A program made the translations under genes and the position numbers. 64,000 bases of DNA from Acidobacteriota bacterium (GTDB taxonomy: Bacteria; Acidobacteriota; UBA6911). Below the pieces are notes generated by a model. That model ran no database searches and was not told where the DNA came from. It saw only the letters and a list, made by a program, of their open reading frames with translations. The stretch is from assembly GCA_965249005.1 (NCBI GenBank), contig CBDFLD010000023.1, positions 559,219 to 623,218 on the forward strand. Reading direction: 5' to 3'. Numbering within the stretch: the stretch's first letter is position 1; each line of letters begins with the position of its first letter. Positions 46,237 through 57,153 of this stretch are shown here, one piece after another.

Positions 46237-48893
46237 TCGGTACTACGATCTCCCATTACAAGATCCTCGACAAGCTCGGTGTTGGCGGCATGGGCGTGGT
46301 CTACAAAGCCGAAGACACCCGCCTGGGCCGTCATGTCGCCTTGAAGTTCCTTCCCGAGAGCTTGGCCAAAGACCGCCATGCGCTGGAACGCTTCCAGCGG
46401 GAAGCCCGGGCGGCATCCGCCTTGGATCACCCGAACATCTGCGCCATCTACGACATCGGAGAACATGAGGGTCAACCCTTCATCACGATGCAGTATCTCG
46501 ATGGGCAGACCCTGAAGGAGCGGATCGAGAGCAAGCCAATAGAAACAGAAGAGCTGCTGGATCTGGGGATTCAGATTGCCGACGCACTGGAGGTGGCACA
46601 CGCAAAGACAATCGTGCACCGGGATATCAAGCCGGCCAATATCTTCATCACCGAACGTGGACAGGTAAAGATCCTGGACTTTGGCTTGGCTAAGTCGACG
46701 GAAACCTCGTCGGACTCTGCATCCATGGCGACAGAGACCTATTTGACGAGTCCGGGATCGACGGTAGGGACGGCAGCCTATATGTCACCGGAGCAGGTGA
46801 AGGGACAGGATCTCGATGCTCGGACGGATCTGTTTTCCTTTGGGGTGGTGCTGTACGAGATGGCAACGGGGACACAACCGTTCAAAGGAAACACGACGGG
46901 AGTTGTGTTTAACGAGATACTGACGAAGGTACCGGTGTCACTGGTACGGATCAAGCCGGAGTTACCTGATGACGTGATACGTGTGATAGAGAAGGCGTTG
47001 GAGAAGGATGCGAAACTGAGGTATCAGTCGGCGAAGGATCTGCTGGCGGATCTGAGACGGCTGAAGCGGGACTCGTTGACGGGAGTGTCTATCCCGCGAT
47101 ATGAGGTAGAGGCAAGACCAAAGAAGCACTGGGGAGCGATGGCGTGGATAGCGGCTGCAATCGTCGTACTGGCGCTTGCCGTGGCTGCCGGAATCTACTT
47201 CTGGCCCGAGACGGACACGGTTGCGGATCTTCCCACAGAGCCCCCCGAGATCAGACCCATTACGACTGACGGCCGAGTGAAAGGATCCCCGCAGCTTTCG
47301 CCCGATGGCAACCAGGTCGTTTATGCCGCAAGAGCCGCAGGGAACAATTGGGATATATTCTTTGAGCCAATCGGCGAGGGAACGGCAACGCTCCCTATAG
47401 CCAGTACCCCGGAGTATGAGGGATGGCCAGTGTGGTCCCCGGACGGCACACAGTTCGCCTTTGTTCGGGGTACTCGGGAGAAGCTAACGCTCTACACCAT
47501 GCCTGCCCCCATTGGAGGGAATCCGCGGAAGCAGACCGAATTCGTGGGACCGTGGTTCGACACTCCACTCTCAGCTCTCTCCTGGTCTCGTGATGGGCAA
47601 TGGATTGCCATGCCAGAGAAGTATCCGGGCGACCCACGATCCCGAATTGTTCGCTTCTCCCCACAAACCAGGGAAAAGGAAGAACTGACGCATCCTCCAG
47701 ATACATCTCTCGATGGCGATACCTTTCCGTCGTTTTCGCCGGATGGAACACAGGTGGCTTTCGTTCGCACCGGGGTCGCTGCAATGAATCGCGACGTTTG
47801 GATCCAATCGGTGGAAGGTGGCGAAACCCGGCAAGTGACTTCTGAGAGATACGCAGGAATCAATTGCCTTACGTGGACATTCGACAGCCAAGAGATTATC
47901 TTTTCGGCAACTAATCGCCTTTTTCGGGTATCCGCTAAAGGCGGGAAGCCGCGAGTCGTGACCGGTCCGGGGCCGGGAGCGCGGTGTCCTTGTGTTCGTG
48001 AAGATCGCCTGGTGTTTGTCCGGTCCCGATCTGAGGGATGGGAGATATGGCGCGTTCCGGGTCCAAACAATACGGAAACTCTGGACCCCCAACGAATCAT
48101 CTACACAAATCCGCTGTACTGGGAGTATCAGGCGAGGGTATCCCCTGATGGCCAGAAGATCGCTTTCTCATCGGACAGGAGCGGCAATAGCGAGATTTGG
48201 ACATCGCCAGCGGACGGCTCGGGTCAACCCTTTCAGTTGAGCTCCTTGAGCTCCGGGGGCGGCCCCGATTGGTCTCCCGACGGTCAAAGCATCGCTTTTG
48301 CTGCACTCGTGGAGGGCAACACGGATATTTACGTCGTGGATGCCGAAGGAGGAGAGCCCACACGTGTGACCACCAATCCTGACTCCGATACCAGGCCGAA
48401 TTGGTCCCATGATGGTCGCTGGATCTATTTCGCTTCAGGCGGTCAGATCTGGAAGATGTCTCCCGAGGGAGAGGACAGAACCCAGATAACGCGAAAGGGA
48501 GGGCAGCGACCGCATGAATCGCCGAACGGAGAGTACGTTTACTATCTAAAAAGCGACAGAAGCATGTGGAGTATCTGGCGAGTTCCTGTCGAGGGTGGCG
48601 AGGAAGTGCCGGTTCTGGAAAAAGAAGTCCATTATCAACAAGAATTCCATCCAGGCTTTGCCATCGGGGACGATCGACTCTACTACGGGAAGAACAGTAG
48701 CGAAGGAGGATTTTCGATTCACTATCTGGATTTGATGACGAGAGAGATAAAGGAAGTATTCGAACAGGAAGGGTCCGTAAGGCTCGCGCGGTCCGGGAGT
48801 ATCGCGGTGGACCCCGACGAGAAATGGATCTACTACGCCTTCCATGACACGACAGTGAGCTCAGACATCATGCTGATCGAGAACTTCCGCTGA
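46233..48893 (+). CDS. Ser/Thr protein kinase - TM - TolB/PD40 beta-propeller protein (intact paralog)
   Basis: 886 aa. Full kinase domain ([25 protein letters not shown]), a TM helix ([23 protein letters not shown]), and ~8 PD40/TolB repeats (SPDG.., WS.DG..IAF). Confidence 0.7.
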   Translation: MIGTTISHYKILDKLGVGGMGVVYKAEDTRLGRHVALKFLPESLAKDRHALERFQREARAASALDHPNICAIYDIGEHEGQPFITMQYLDGQTLKERIESKPIETEELLDLGIQIADALEVAHAKTIVHRDIKPANIFITERGQVKILDFGLAKSTETSSDSASMATETYLTSPGSTVGTAAYMSPEQVKGQDLDARTDLFSFGVVLYEMATGTQPFKGNTTGVVFNEILTKVPVSLVRIKPELPDDVIRVIEKALEKDAKLRYQSAKDLLADLRRLKRDSLTGVSIPRYEVEARPKKHWGAMAWIAAAIVVLALAVAAGIYFWPETDTVADLPTEPPEIRPITTDGRVKGSPQLSPDGNQVVYAARAAGNNWDIFFEPIGEGTATLPIASTPEYEGWPVWSPDGTQFAFVRGTREKLTLYTMPAPIGGNPRKQTEFVGPWFDTPLSALSWSRDGQWIAMPEKYPGDPRSRIVRFSPQTREKEELTHPPDTSLDGDTFPSFSPDGTQVAFVRTGVAAMNRDVWIQSVEGGETRQVTSERYAGINCLTWTFDSQEIIFSATNRLFRVSAKGGKPRVVTGPGPGARCPCVREDRLVFVRSRSEGWEIWRVPGPNNTETLDPQRIIYTNPLYWEYQARVSPDGQKIAFSSDRSGNSEIWTSPADGSGQPFQLSSLSSGGGPDWSPDGQSIAFAALVEGNTDIYVVDAEGGEPTRVTTNPDSDTRPNWSHDGRWIYFASGGQIWKMSPEGEDRTQITRKGGQRPHESPNGEYVYYLKSDRSMWSIWRVPVEGGEEVPVLEKEVHYQQEFHPGFAIGDDRLYYGKNSSEGGFSIHYLDLMTREIKEVFEQEGSVRLARSGSIAVDPDEKWIYYAFHDTTVSSDIMLIENFR

Positions 48894-48987
48894 CAGAGGG
48901 ACGTCCCCCAATGCTCCGAGATAGGGCGCAGCTTCCCGGCTTGAGATTCTACGACTTGAGACATACAATCGTCACCGCATTGGCCGA

Positions 48988-49078
<91 letters not shown>

Positions 49079-49101
49079 GACCCCCACGGAGGAAACACAA
49101 G

Positions 49102-49485
49102 ATGCGAAACCCCTTGGATGCGGAAGAAACGCTACGAGCCTTTCTGGAAGGAACGGATGAGGACGGCCCCTTCATCATGGTCAACTTGCTGAAGTTCAAG
49201 CCCGGTGGAGGAGCGAAGCAGTACCGCAAGTACGGAGAGGCCATGACCCGCCTGATTCCGAAGATCGGGGGAAAGTTCATCTACAACGGACGTGTCATAA
49301 AGAAGTTCGTTGGGGACAAAGACTGGCACGCCGTGGCGTTGGTTCAATACCCGTCACGCAAGGCTTTCTACGACATGCTCCACAGCGCCGAGTATCAAGC
49401 GATTCATCCGTTTCGAGAAGACGGGTTGGAGAAGACACGCGTGTATGCGACCCTGCCTCTAGAGGTCGAGCAGTTGTCTGAATGA
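49102..49485 (+). CDS. DUF1330 domain protein
   Basis: 127 aa with the ...VALVQYPSRKAFYDMLHSAEYQAIHPFRED... pattern typical of DUF1330. Confidence 0.5.
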   Translation: MRNPLDAEETLRAFLEGTDEDGPFIMVNLLKFKPGGGAKQYRKYGEAMTRLIPKIGGKFIYNGRVIKKFVGDKDWHAVALVQYPSRKAFYDMLHSAEYQAIHPFREDGLEKTRVYATLPLEVEQLSE

Positions 49486-49524
49486 ATACCGCGCCGCGCC
49501 GAACCTGCCGGGCTCGCTTCCATC

Positions 49525-50103
49525 CTAAGACCGACCCGGCACGATCGCTTCGATCTGATCCACCACTCGCTCCAGCTCGTCGACCACTGGCATGCTGCCC
49601 GAGGCCTTGAACGATTCGACCAGGGAGCGATAGTACCACAAAATCTCCTGCGGGCCCCCGTTGAAGCGGCTCCATACGGCATCCCCCACAGCTTCGTGAT
49701 CCCGGACAAGGGCACGGGCGTTGTGCAGCTTGTCGGCGGCCGAGACGAGCACGACCGATGGCAAGGCGGTTCTCACATGCTCGATATAGGCAACCTTGCG
49801 CTCCTTCCAGGGAGGCTTGGGGGTTTCATCGGAATCGGTGCAGCCCTCCACGATGTGGGCAACGTGGTCTCCGAATCGGCGCCGGATCTCATCGAGTGTC
49901 GGAAGTCCGCCTTGATCCTCGACTGCATCGTGCAGCAGCGCCGCAATCGCTTCGTCCTCGTTGCCGCCATACTCCAGGGTCAGGGCTGCCACACCCAGCA
50001 AGTGAGCAATGTAGGGCACTTCAGTCCCCTTGCGCTGCTGCGTATCATGCAGTTGCTTGGCATAGAGCAGGGCTTCCTCGAACCTCTTTGTCAGCATGGG
50101 CAC
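49525..50103 (-). CDS. HD-domain (p)ppGpp hydrolase-like protein (SpoT/RelA hydrolase domain, small alarmone hydrolase type)
   Basis: YIAHLLGVA...AALLHDAVEDQGGLPTLDEIRRRFGDHVAHIVEGCTDSDE matches the H..HD..ED metal-binding motif of SpoT-type HD hydrolases. 192 aa. Confidence 0.55.
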   Translation of the reverse strand: MPMLTKRFEEALLYAKQLHDTQQRKGTEVPYIAHLLGVAALTLEYGGNEDEAIAALLHDAVEDQGGLPTLDEIRRRFGDHVAHIVEGCTDSDETPKPPWKERKVAYIEHVRTALPSVVLVSAADKLHNARALVRDHEAVGDAVWSRFNGGPQEILWYYRSLVESFKASGSMPVVDELERVVDQIEAIVPGRS

Positions 50104-50996
50104 TCACGGCTCAGTCGAAGCGAAGGCGGAGGGGGACAATGGATTTCCACTTCTCGACCAGTGGCCGGGTGGGTCAGCCCTAGGGTCATCGCATGGAGGG
50201 TATATCCCAGCTCACCGGGGCGCGCTCGGGATCCGTCCGCGGGCCGCCCACCCACCCCATACAGTGGATCTCCCACAAGCGGGTAGCCTGCTGCGGCCAG
50301 ATGAATGCGGATCTGGTGCGGACGCCCGGTGAAAATTCGCGCTTCCAGAATGCTTCCTCCATCAAGCCGCTCCAGCACCCGGACTCGGGTACGAGATTCT
50401 TTTCCAGCGGGAGAAGCAGCGTAAACCGTTTCCAGGGCAGGGTGAGGCAGCGGGCCAATGGGGACATCCACCTGGAACTCACTCTGAGTCGGAGTTCCCG
50501 TGGCGAGCGCGCGATAGACCTTGACGACTTTCCCCTCCTGAAAGGCCTTGCCGATCGCCGACCGGGCTCGCGCGCAGAGTGCGCATAACACGATCCCCGA
50601 CGTCCCTCTTCCCAGACGATGGCACGGGGTGGCAGCCGGGTAGCGTTTTCTCACCTGATGAAGAAGGGTATGGACGAGGAATCCGCCACCCGGCATGGTG
50701 GGAAGGCCTCGGGGTTTCGCGAGCGCCAAGAGGTCCTCGTCCCGGTAGAGAACCGCATAGGAAAGCGGGACTTCAGGCTCCTTCCAGGGTGGGCGGCGCC
50801 ACACGAAACTCTGCCCGGTCCACACTGCCGTCTCCGGTGCCACGACGCGGTCTTCTACAAGGACCCGTCCCGCATTGATCCTGTGTTCCCATTCCGACCT
50901 TTCGGTATGGGGATAGCGGAACGAGAGATAATCCAGGATGGGACGGCCCTCACCTTCCGGAGACACTCTACCAAGATAGTCGAATCCCTGATTCAA
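50091..50996 (-). CDS. RluA-family pseudouridine synthase-like protein (catalytic Asp replaced)
   Basis: S4-like N-terminus and an RluA-family core, but motif II reads HRLGRGTSG (codons GGA) where family members have HRLDxDTSG. Confidence 0.55.
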   Translation of the reverse strand: MNQGFDYLGRVSPEGEGRPILDYLSFRYPHTERSEWEHRINAGRVLVEDRVVAPETAVWTGQSFVWRRPPWKEPEVPLSYAVLYRDEDLLALAKPRGLPTMPGGGFLVHTLLHQVRKRYPAATPCHRLGRGTSGIVLCALCARARSAIGKAFQEGKVVKVYRALATGTPTQSEFQVDVPIGPLPHPALETVYAASPAGKESRTRVRVLERLDGGSILEARIFTGRPHQIRIHLAAAGYPLVGDPLYGVGGRPADGSRARPGELGYTLHAMTLGLTHPATGREVEIHCPPPPSLRLSRECPC

Positions 50997-51138
50997 GGTT
51001 TTACGATTATCTCTTATCCCGGCTGTGCGGGATACTGGATTTTCGAAAGGAAACGAGGGGTCGTCGCGATAGGGATACCAGAATGGATGCTACCCGAACT
51101 TGGGGATCTCGCGGATCTCCCGGATCTCCCGGTTCTAC

Positions 51139-51561
51139 TCACTCCGTAGGATGGGCAAGAGAGTCCAGCAACGCGTCGATGGAATTGTTTCTATCGAACT
51201 GCTTCTCTGCTTCGCGGATCAACTCGGATACGAGCTCAAGGCCTTGCATCAATAGCTTGGACATCCGCGCGTCATAGCATCGCGAGCCAGACTCGAGATC
51301 CAGAAAGATCTCACGCAGTCCGAGGGTCACGCGCTCAACGTCCGCGAAGCCCCATGCTTCCGCTTCCTGGCTCAACTCGCCCAAAAGCTGGACGATGGGC
51401 CGGAAACGGCTCAATTCGTCGGGCTTCGAGTCAAGAAGTAGGAGCTCGCGCCAGAGGTTTTTCAGGCTTTGCTGGGCTGAACTTACGTACTCGGTCTGAG
51501 GCTCGACTCTCCAAGCCTTTTGATCAGAACCACTTCCGGAAGATTGGGTGTCGGGGAGCAT
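51139..51561 (-). CDS. hypothetical protein
   Basis: 140-aa ORF, coding-like composition, no recognisable motif. Confidence 0.3.
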   Translation of the reverse strand: MLPDTQSSGSGSDQKAWRVEPQTEYVSSAQQSLKNLWRELLLLDSKPDELSRFRPIVQLLGELSQEAEAWGFADVERVTLGLREIFLDLESGSRCYDARMSKLLMQGLELVSELIREAEKQFDRNNSIDALLDSLAHPTE

Positions 51562-51733
51562 TCGGCCACCTTCCTTGAAACGAGGATACGTTCTCTCTTC
51601 CTTTAATATCGACTGGATTCCAGCAAGTCTTACTCATATCGGCAATTCAGTCCGAATTGCCGTTTGGTGGACGGGTGGCCTGGATGGATTCGCATTTGAA
51701 ATCTCCGCTCGATCGGACTACCCTTCATGCACT

Positions 51734-54454
51734 ATGCACGAGCTGCCGATGGATCTCGAACACACTAAATACAAGCTGAGCAACGGACTAGACGTCATCC
51801 TGCGCGAGGATCACCGGTTACCTTTGGTCGCCGTGAACCTGTGGTATCACGTGGGACCCGCCAACGAGCGGCCAGGTCTGACCGGGTTTGCTCACCTCTT
51901 CGAACACATGATGTTTCAGGGGTCGAAATACGCCGGAGATGACGCTCATTTCCGAATGCTGGAAGCGGCCGGGGCGAGCGATATCAACGGCACGACTGAT
52001 TTTGACCGAACGAATTACTTCGAGACCCTGCCGTCGGACCAGCTGGAGCTGGCGCTATGGCTCGAAAGTGATCGAATGGGCTTTCTGCTGGACAAGCTCG
52101 ATCACGGCAAGCTGGAGAATCAGAGAGACGTCGTGCGCAACGAGCGGCGCCAGAGCGTCGAGAGCGCACCTTATGGGTTGGTCGAAGAAGAGATGTTTCA
52201 TCAGCTCTTTCCGTCGGAGCATCCGTACTATGCCTCCGTGATTGGCTCTCACGCCGATATCGAGGCGGCTCGGCTCCGCGACATTCGGGATTTCTTCCGG
52301 CTGTTCTACGCACCCAACAACGCAAGTCTTGCGATCGTCGGCGACATAAACCGGACCGTGACCGAGAAATGGATTGAACGATACTTCGGATCGATTCCAG
52401 CCGGTCCTCCGGTTCCGGAGATCGAGGTTGCAGCGCCGGTGATTCGGTCCGAAAAGCGTGTCGTGGTGACGGATCAGATCGAGTTGCCGCGAATCTATCT
52501 CGCGTGGATTACCCCACCGATCTTCCGGGCTGGCGACGCCGAGTGTGACTTGCTGGCGAAGATTCTCGGCGGCGGTAAGTCGAGTCGTTTATACAAGAAC
52601 CTGGTTTACGAAAAACAAATTGCCCAGGACGTGGTCGCGCACCAGTATTCGTTGGTCTTGGGCTCCATCTTCTTCATTCAGGCGACAGCCAAGCCGGGTG
52701 TGGAACCGCAACGTCTGGAAGCAGCCATTGACGCCGAGTTGCATCAAGTAAGGCAACAAGGGCCGACCGCACTGGAGCTGGAGGGTGCCCAGAACATCTT
52801 CGAATCTGAAATGATCCGCGGATTGGAGACACTGGGCGGGTTTGGCGGCGTGGCGGATCGTTTCAACACCTACAACCACTACCTCGGTGACCCGGATTAT
52901 CTTTCGCAGGATCTCGCCCGCTACCGAAACGCGACCACCGACTCGCTGAGGGCGGTCGCAGAGACAAACCTCACCAACCAATCTCGGGTCGTGGTTGTCG
53001 GAGTGTCCGGTGCAAAGAAGATCCATGACATACCACGAAGCGAGGATCGCGAGATCGAGTCGATCGACGGCGAGCCGGATTCTCCGGCGCAAGACTGGAG
53101 AAAAAATTCTCCCTCTCGTGGTCGTGCTTCTTCGATGAACCTGCCAATTCCAAAAGTTTTCGAGCTCGACAATGGTTTGGATATCTATTTTATCGAGCAA
53201 CATGATCTGCCATTGGTGGCGGCAAACTTGATCGTCCTCTGTGGAAGTGACGCCAACCCGTTGGACTCCCCGGGGCTCGCCTCTTTCACTGCGGACATGT
53301 TGGACGAAGGCACGACGAAGCGATCGGCTCTCACGATCGCCGACGATCTGGACCGGCTCGGTGCCGCCCTGTCGACCGGATCCACAACAGACCTGTCCTA
53401 TTTTACGGTTCGCACCTTGAAACGAAACGTGGGACCGGCGTTCGAGCTGATGGCCGACGTGCTTCTGAACCCGAGTTTTCCGGAGAAAGAAATCGATCGG
53501 CGGCGGCATCATCGACTGACCCGGATCCAGCAGCAGCGAGACAGTCCCCACGCGCTCGGCAGCCGAGCGCTGCTGGACGTCCTCTATGGCTCCCGGCACC
53601 CCTACGGCTACACGGAGCTTGGGACCAAGGAATCCAACTCGTCGATCCAAAGAGACCAACTGGCTGCATTCTGGAAATCTGGATACGTTCCGACCAGGGC
53701 CGCTCTGGTCGTGGCAGGAGACCTCGACGAGTCTGAGTTGCTTCGACTTGCACAAGACTACCTCGGTGTCTGGGAAGGTACTGCAGAGCCCTCCGGCGCA
53801 CCGGAGGCTCCTCCGCCGTCGCAGCGGCGCATCGTGATCGTGGACAAGCCGGAGCTCCCGCAGACAACGCTTCTCGTCGGCCATGTTGGCGTTGCCCGAT
53901 CGAACCCCGACTATATTCCGATTGACGTCATGAACACACAGCTGGGAGGGTTGTTCTCGAGCCGCATCAACCTCAACCTGCGGGAGCGGAATGGCTATAC
54001 CTACGGGGCCTCGTCCTCGTTTTCATCGCGCAGAGGCCCTGGTCCCTTTTTGGTGGCGACGAGCGTTCGCCAGGATGTAACCGGCCCCGCGGTGCGAGAG
54101 ATTGTCCACGAAATCGAAGGGATGCGGGCTTCCGAGCCTGCCGAGCAAGAGCTGCAACTGGCAAAGGACTCCATTTCTCGCTCTCTGCCAGGATTCTTCG
54201 AGACCACGGCACAATCCGCGTCCACGATCGGGGGCTTGTTTGTCCACGGGTTGGAGCTCGCATACTATCGCGACCTTCCGGGACAGGTCGATGCCGTAAC
54301 GGCACAGCAAGTTCAGCGTGTCGCCGAGCAGTATCTGCGCCCCGACGCACTCGTGGTCGTCGCGGTTGGGGACCGGCAAAAAATCGAGCCTCAGCTGGCG
54401 GAGCTGGAATTCGGCGAGATCGAGATCCGTTCCCTTGATCCCGTTGATCCGTGA
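51734..54454 (+). CDS. M16-family zinc peptidase (tandem insulinase-like halves)
   Basis: Inverted zinc motif HLFEHMMFQGS (HxxEH) near the N-terminus of the first half. A second inactive M16-like half follows, ~900 aa in total. Confidence 0.65.
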   Translation: MHELPMDLEHTKYKLSNGLDVILREDHRLPLVAVNLWYHVGPANERPGLTGFAHLFEHMMFQGSKYAGDDAHFRMLEAAGASDINGTTDFDRTNYFETLPSDQLELALWLESDRMGFLLDKLDHGKLENQRDVVRNERRQSVESAPYGLVEEEMFHQLFPSEHPYYASVIGSHADIEAARLRDIRDFFRLFYAPNNASLAIVGDINRTVTEKWIERYFGSIPAGPPVPEIEVAAPVIRSEKRVVVTDQIELPRIYLAWITPPIFRAGDAECDLLAKILGGGKSSRLYKNLVYEKQIAQDVVAHQYSLVLGSIFFIQATAKPGVEPQRLEAAIDAELHQVRQQGPTALELEGAQNIFESEMIRGLETLGGFGGVADRFNTYNHYLGDPDYLSQDLARYRNATTDSLRAVAETNLTNQSRVVVVGVSGAKKIHDIPRSEDREIESIDGEPDSPAQDWRKNSPSRGRASSMNLPIPKVFELDNGLDIYFIEQHDLPLVAANLIVLCGSDANPLDSPGLASFTADMLDEGTTKRSALTIADDLDRLGAALSTGSTTDLSYFTVRTLKRNVGPAFELMADVLLNPSFPEKEIDRRRHHRLTRIQQQRDSPHALGSRALLDVLYGSRHPYGYTELGTKESNSSIQRDQLAAFWKSGYVPTRAALVVAGDLDESELLRLAQDYLGVWEGTAEPSGAPEAPPPSQRRIVIVDKPELPQTTLLVGHVGVARSNPDYIPIDVMNTQLGGLFSSRINLNLRERNGYTYGASSSFSSRRGPGPFLVATSVRQDVTGPAVREIVHEIEGMRASEPAEQELQLAKDSISRSLPGFFETTAQSASTIGGLFVHGLELAYYRDLPGQVDAVTAQQVQRVAEQYLRPDALVVVAVGDRQKIEPQLAELEFGEIEIRSLDPVDP

Positions 54455-54531
54455 CCCTTTCCCACCTCTCTGGTTCATGGTAGATTGGATGCCTTAGTCT
54501 CCTATTCCCAGGCAGGTCAAGGCATCGGGAC

Positions 54532-55947
54532 ATGACTGCTCACGAATCGTTGAAGATCAAGCTGCAGGACGAGACCCTTACCGTCACTTCCGAGTTCCTC
54601 GAGAAGTACAACGTTCCAGGTCCGCGATACACCAGCTACCCGACAGCTCCCGAATGGAACGACGACTTTGGGCCGTCGGACTTCGTCGAGGGGCTCGAGA
54701 GATCGAATGCCTCCCGTCCAGCTCGTCCTCTCTCGCTGTACATGCATCTGCCCTTTTGCGAGAGTCTCTGCCTGTTCTGCGGGTGCAACGTAGTCATCAA
54801 CAAGGATCACCAGGTCTCGCATCCCTATCTAGAAAAGCTGAAGCTCGAAGCGGATCGGACTTCCAAGCTTCTAGATCCTGACCGTCCCGTGGTCCAGTTT
54901 CACTGGGGCGGAGGCACCCCGACCTACTTCACGGCGGAGCAGCTCGAAGAGCTCTTTGTTCACGTGAAGAAGAGATTCCTTTTCGCGCCAGATGCCGAGA
55001 TCGGACTCGAGGTGGATCCCCGAGTGACGACTCTGGAACAAATCCGAATCTTGAGCAAGCTCGGGTTCAATCGGATATCACTCGGGATCCAAGATTTCAC
55101 TCCTATCGTCCAGGAAACCGTGCGGCGCATGCAGCCGTTCGAGGCGACACGGGATTTGATCGACGAGTGCCGCCGGCTCGGCTACGAGTCAATCAACGTG
55201 GACTTGATCTACGGTCTCCCCCATCAGACTCCCGACAGCTTTGTCGATTCGATCGAAAAAGTGCTGACCATCAGGCCCGACCGGGTGGCCATGTTCAGTT
55301 ACGCCCACGTGCCCTGGCTGAAGAAACAACAGGGGTCCTTTGAGAAGTTCATCCCCCGAGGGATGGAAAAGTTCCGGATCTTCGTTGCCGGAATCGAGCG
55401 ATTTACCGAGGCCGGATACCTCTACATCGGGATGGATCACTTTGCACTTGCGGAGGATGAGCTACATCAGGCACAGCACGACCGAACACTCCATAGGAAC
55501 TTCCAGGGCTACACGACCAAAGCCGGCGCGGACCTACTGGGCATGGGAGTGAGCTCCATCAGTGGCCTGGATCGGGTCTACGCCCAGAATTTTCGCGATC
55601 TCCAGCACTACTATGCGGCTCTGGACGGCGAGTCGATTGCGACGATGCGCGGGTTTGGTCTGAGCGACGAGGACGTCCTCCGGAGAGCGGTGATCAACAA
55701 GATCCTGTGTCACTGCGTGTTGGAAAAGCACGAAGTCCGAGACGAATTCGGTGTCGAGTTCGACGACCATTTCGCCAGGGAACTGTGCGCGCTCGAGAAT
55801 CTGGAAAGGGATGGCTTGGTGGAGTTGTCGAAGGACCGGATCTCGGTGACAACTCTGGGCCGCATCTTCATTCGCAACGTGGGCATGGTATTCGATACCT
55901 ATCTGCGCAGTCCGCGCGAAAAACCGCTGTTTTCCAAGACACTTTAA
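54532..55947 (+). CDS. hemN: oxygen-independent coproporphyrinogen-III oxidase (radical SAM)
   Basis: YMHLPFCESLCLFCGCN radical-SAM CxxxCxxC motif with HemN-type flanks, and an HemN C-terminal domain. 471 aa. Confidence 0.8.
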   Translation: MTAHESLKIKLQDETLTVTSEFLEKYNVPGPRYTSYPTAPEWNDDFGPSDFVEGLERSNASRPARPLSLYMHLPFCESLCLFCGCNVVINKDHQVSHPYLEKLKLEADRTSKLLDPDRPVVQFHWGGGTPTYFTAEQLEELFVHVKKRFLFAPDAEIGLEVDPRVTTLEQIRILSKLGFNRISLGIQDFTPIVQETVRRMQPFEATRDLIDECRRLGYESINVDLIYGLPHQTPDSFVDSIEKVLTIRPDRVAMFSYAHVPWLKKQQGSFEKFIPRGMEKFRIFVAGIERFTEAGYLYIGMDHFALAEDELHQAQHDRTLHRNFQGYTTKAGADLLGMGVSSISGLDRVYAQNFRDLQHYYAALDGESIATMRGFGLSDEDVLRRAVINKILCHCVLEKHEVRDEFGVEFDDHFARELCALENLERDGLVELSKDRISVTTLGRIFIRNVGMVFDTYLRSPREKPLFSKTL

Positions 55948-56190
55948 AGCTCCTCTCTGAAAATCCTAGCCTGGACCCAGAGGGCAAATCGGATGCGTCC
56001 CTGGCGTACCTTCGTGCATGGCGCAAGCTAATCGTGTACCACACGGTTTGTGGACGGTGAACTAATCCCATTCTGAACTTCAGAATCTCCCCTTGAGTGA
56101 CGATATAGAACAGGTGAGGCAGCAGCGTCCGTTGCCGTTCCTGGTCTCGTGACGGGTGGATATCCGTAAAGCATTTAGAAAGAAATTCTT

Positions 56191-57078
56191 ATGTCGATGA
56201 CCCTCAGTATCGCCGACGTAAACTTGGAAGCTGGGGACCGACTAGTAGAACTCGCGCGCCTGGCGGCTTGTGACAACGACAGGCACCTACGCGGGTCGCC
56301 CTTCTTCGATGAGGTGATGGGTATTGAAAAGCTTCAAGGGAAACAAGCCAGTGCCAACCTGCTGCGCGGGGTTCTGGCAAAGCTGATCAGCGTCAATCGA
56401 GAGCAGATCGATCGACTGAACTACCCGGAAAGTGTGCGCAAACTGATTCGTCTGGAATTCGGCAGGATCGAGGAGTTTCTTGGCAACAAGGGCGACGACT
56501 ACTTCAGTCTAAGCGAGCATGATCTCAGGTGCGATTTTCGCATCGCGTGCTTCGGTCGGGTCCCCCTAGGTCCCGAGCACATGGAGACTAGCGGCGTGTC
56601 GCGGAGCCTTTGTCTTCGAGGCGGCCTCGGACAGTTCTTTCGATTCCTCCGAATGGTTTCTAAAACCAAGGGCGTAACCCGATTTTATCAGCTGCATCTG
56701 GCCAAGGGAATCGCGCCCTACTCTTTCCTCATCCGGTTCCGTCCGGAAGCGCAGGTGCAAATGTTTCAAAACGTGGCCGAGTGCTTGAGAATGAATCCAA
56801 GTTATCGGGGACTCGTCGTCGGTAGCTGGTGGTACGATCCGCAACTCGAGCGCTTGAGCCCACATCTAACCTACTTGCGCGAGACGATGCAAAAGGGAGG
56901 AGCCCTCCTCTTTCGCTATGGCTCCACCAAGGGTGCGCTCCGAGACGCGTTGGCGAATTCAGCGAAGCGCCAGGCTTTATACGAAGCAGGTGAGTATATA
57001 CCGACATCCTATGCGGTCGTTTGGCCCCGCGACAACATGATCCAATGGGCGGAGAGCCACGGCAAATCCTCGTCTTGA
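56191..57078 (+). CDS. hypothetical protein
   Basis: 295-aa ORF, no recognisable family. Confidence 0.35.
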   Translation: MSMTLSIADVNLEAGDRLVELARLAACDNDRHLRGSPFFDEVMGIEKLQGKQASANLLRGVLAKLISVNREQIDRLNYPESVRKLIRLEFGRIEEFLGNKGDDYFSLSEHDLRCDFRIACFGRVPLGPEHMETSGVSRSLCLRGGLGQFFRFLRMVSKTKGVTRFYQLHLAKGIAPYSFLIRFRPEAQVQMFQNVAECLRMNPSYRGLVVGSWWYDPQLERLSPHLTYLRETMQKGGALLFRYGSTKGALRDALANSAKRQALYEAGEYIPTSYAVVWPRDNMIQWAESHGKSSS

Positions 57079-57153
57079 TACCGCCAAGATTATGCATGAT
57101 CGTAGGCTCCGAGAACCCATGACCGTCCCACCCAAAGCGATCGGGGTGGCCGA

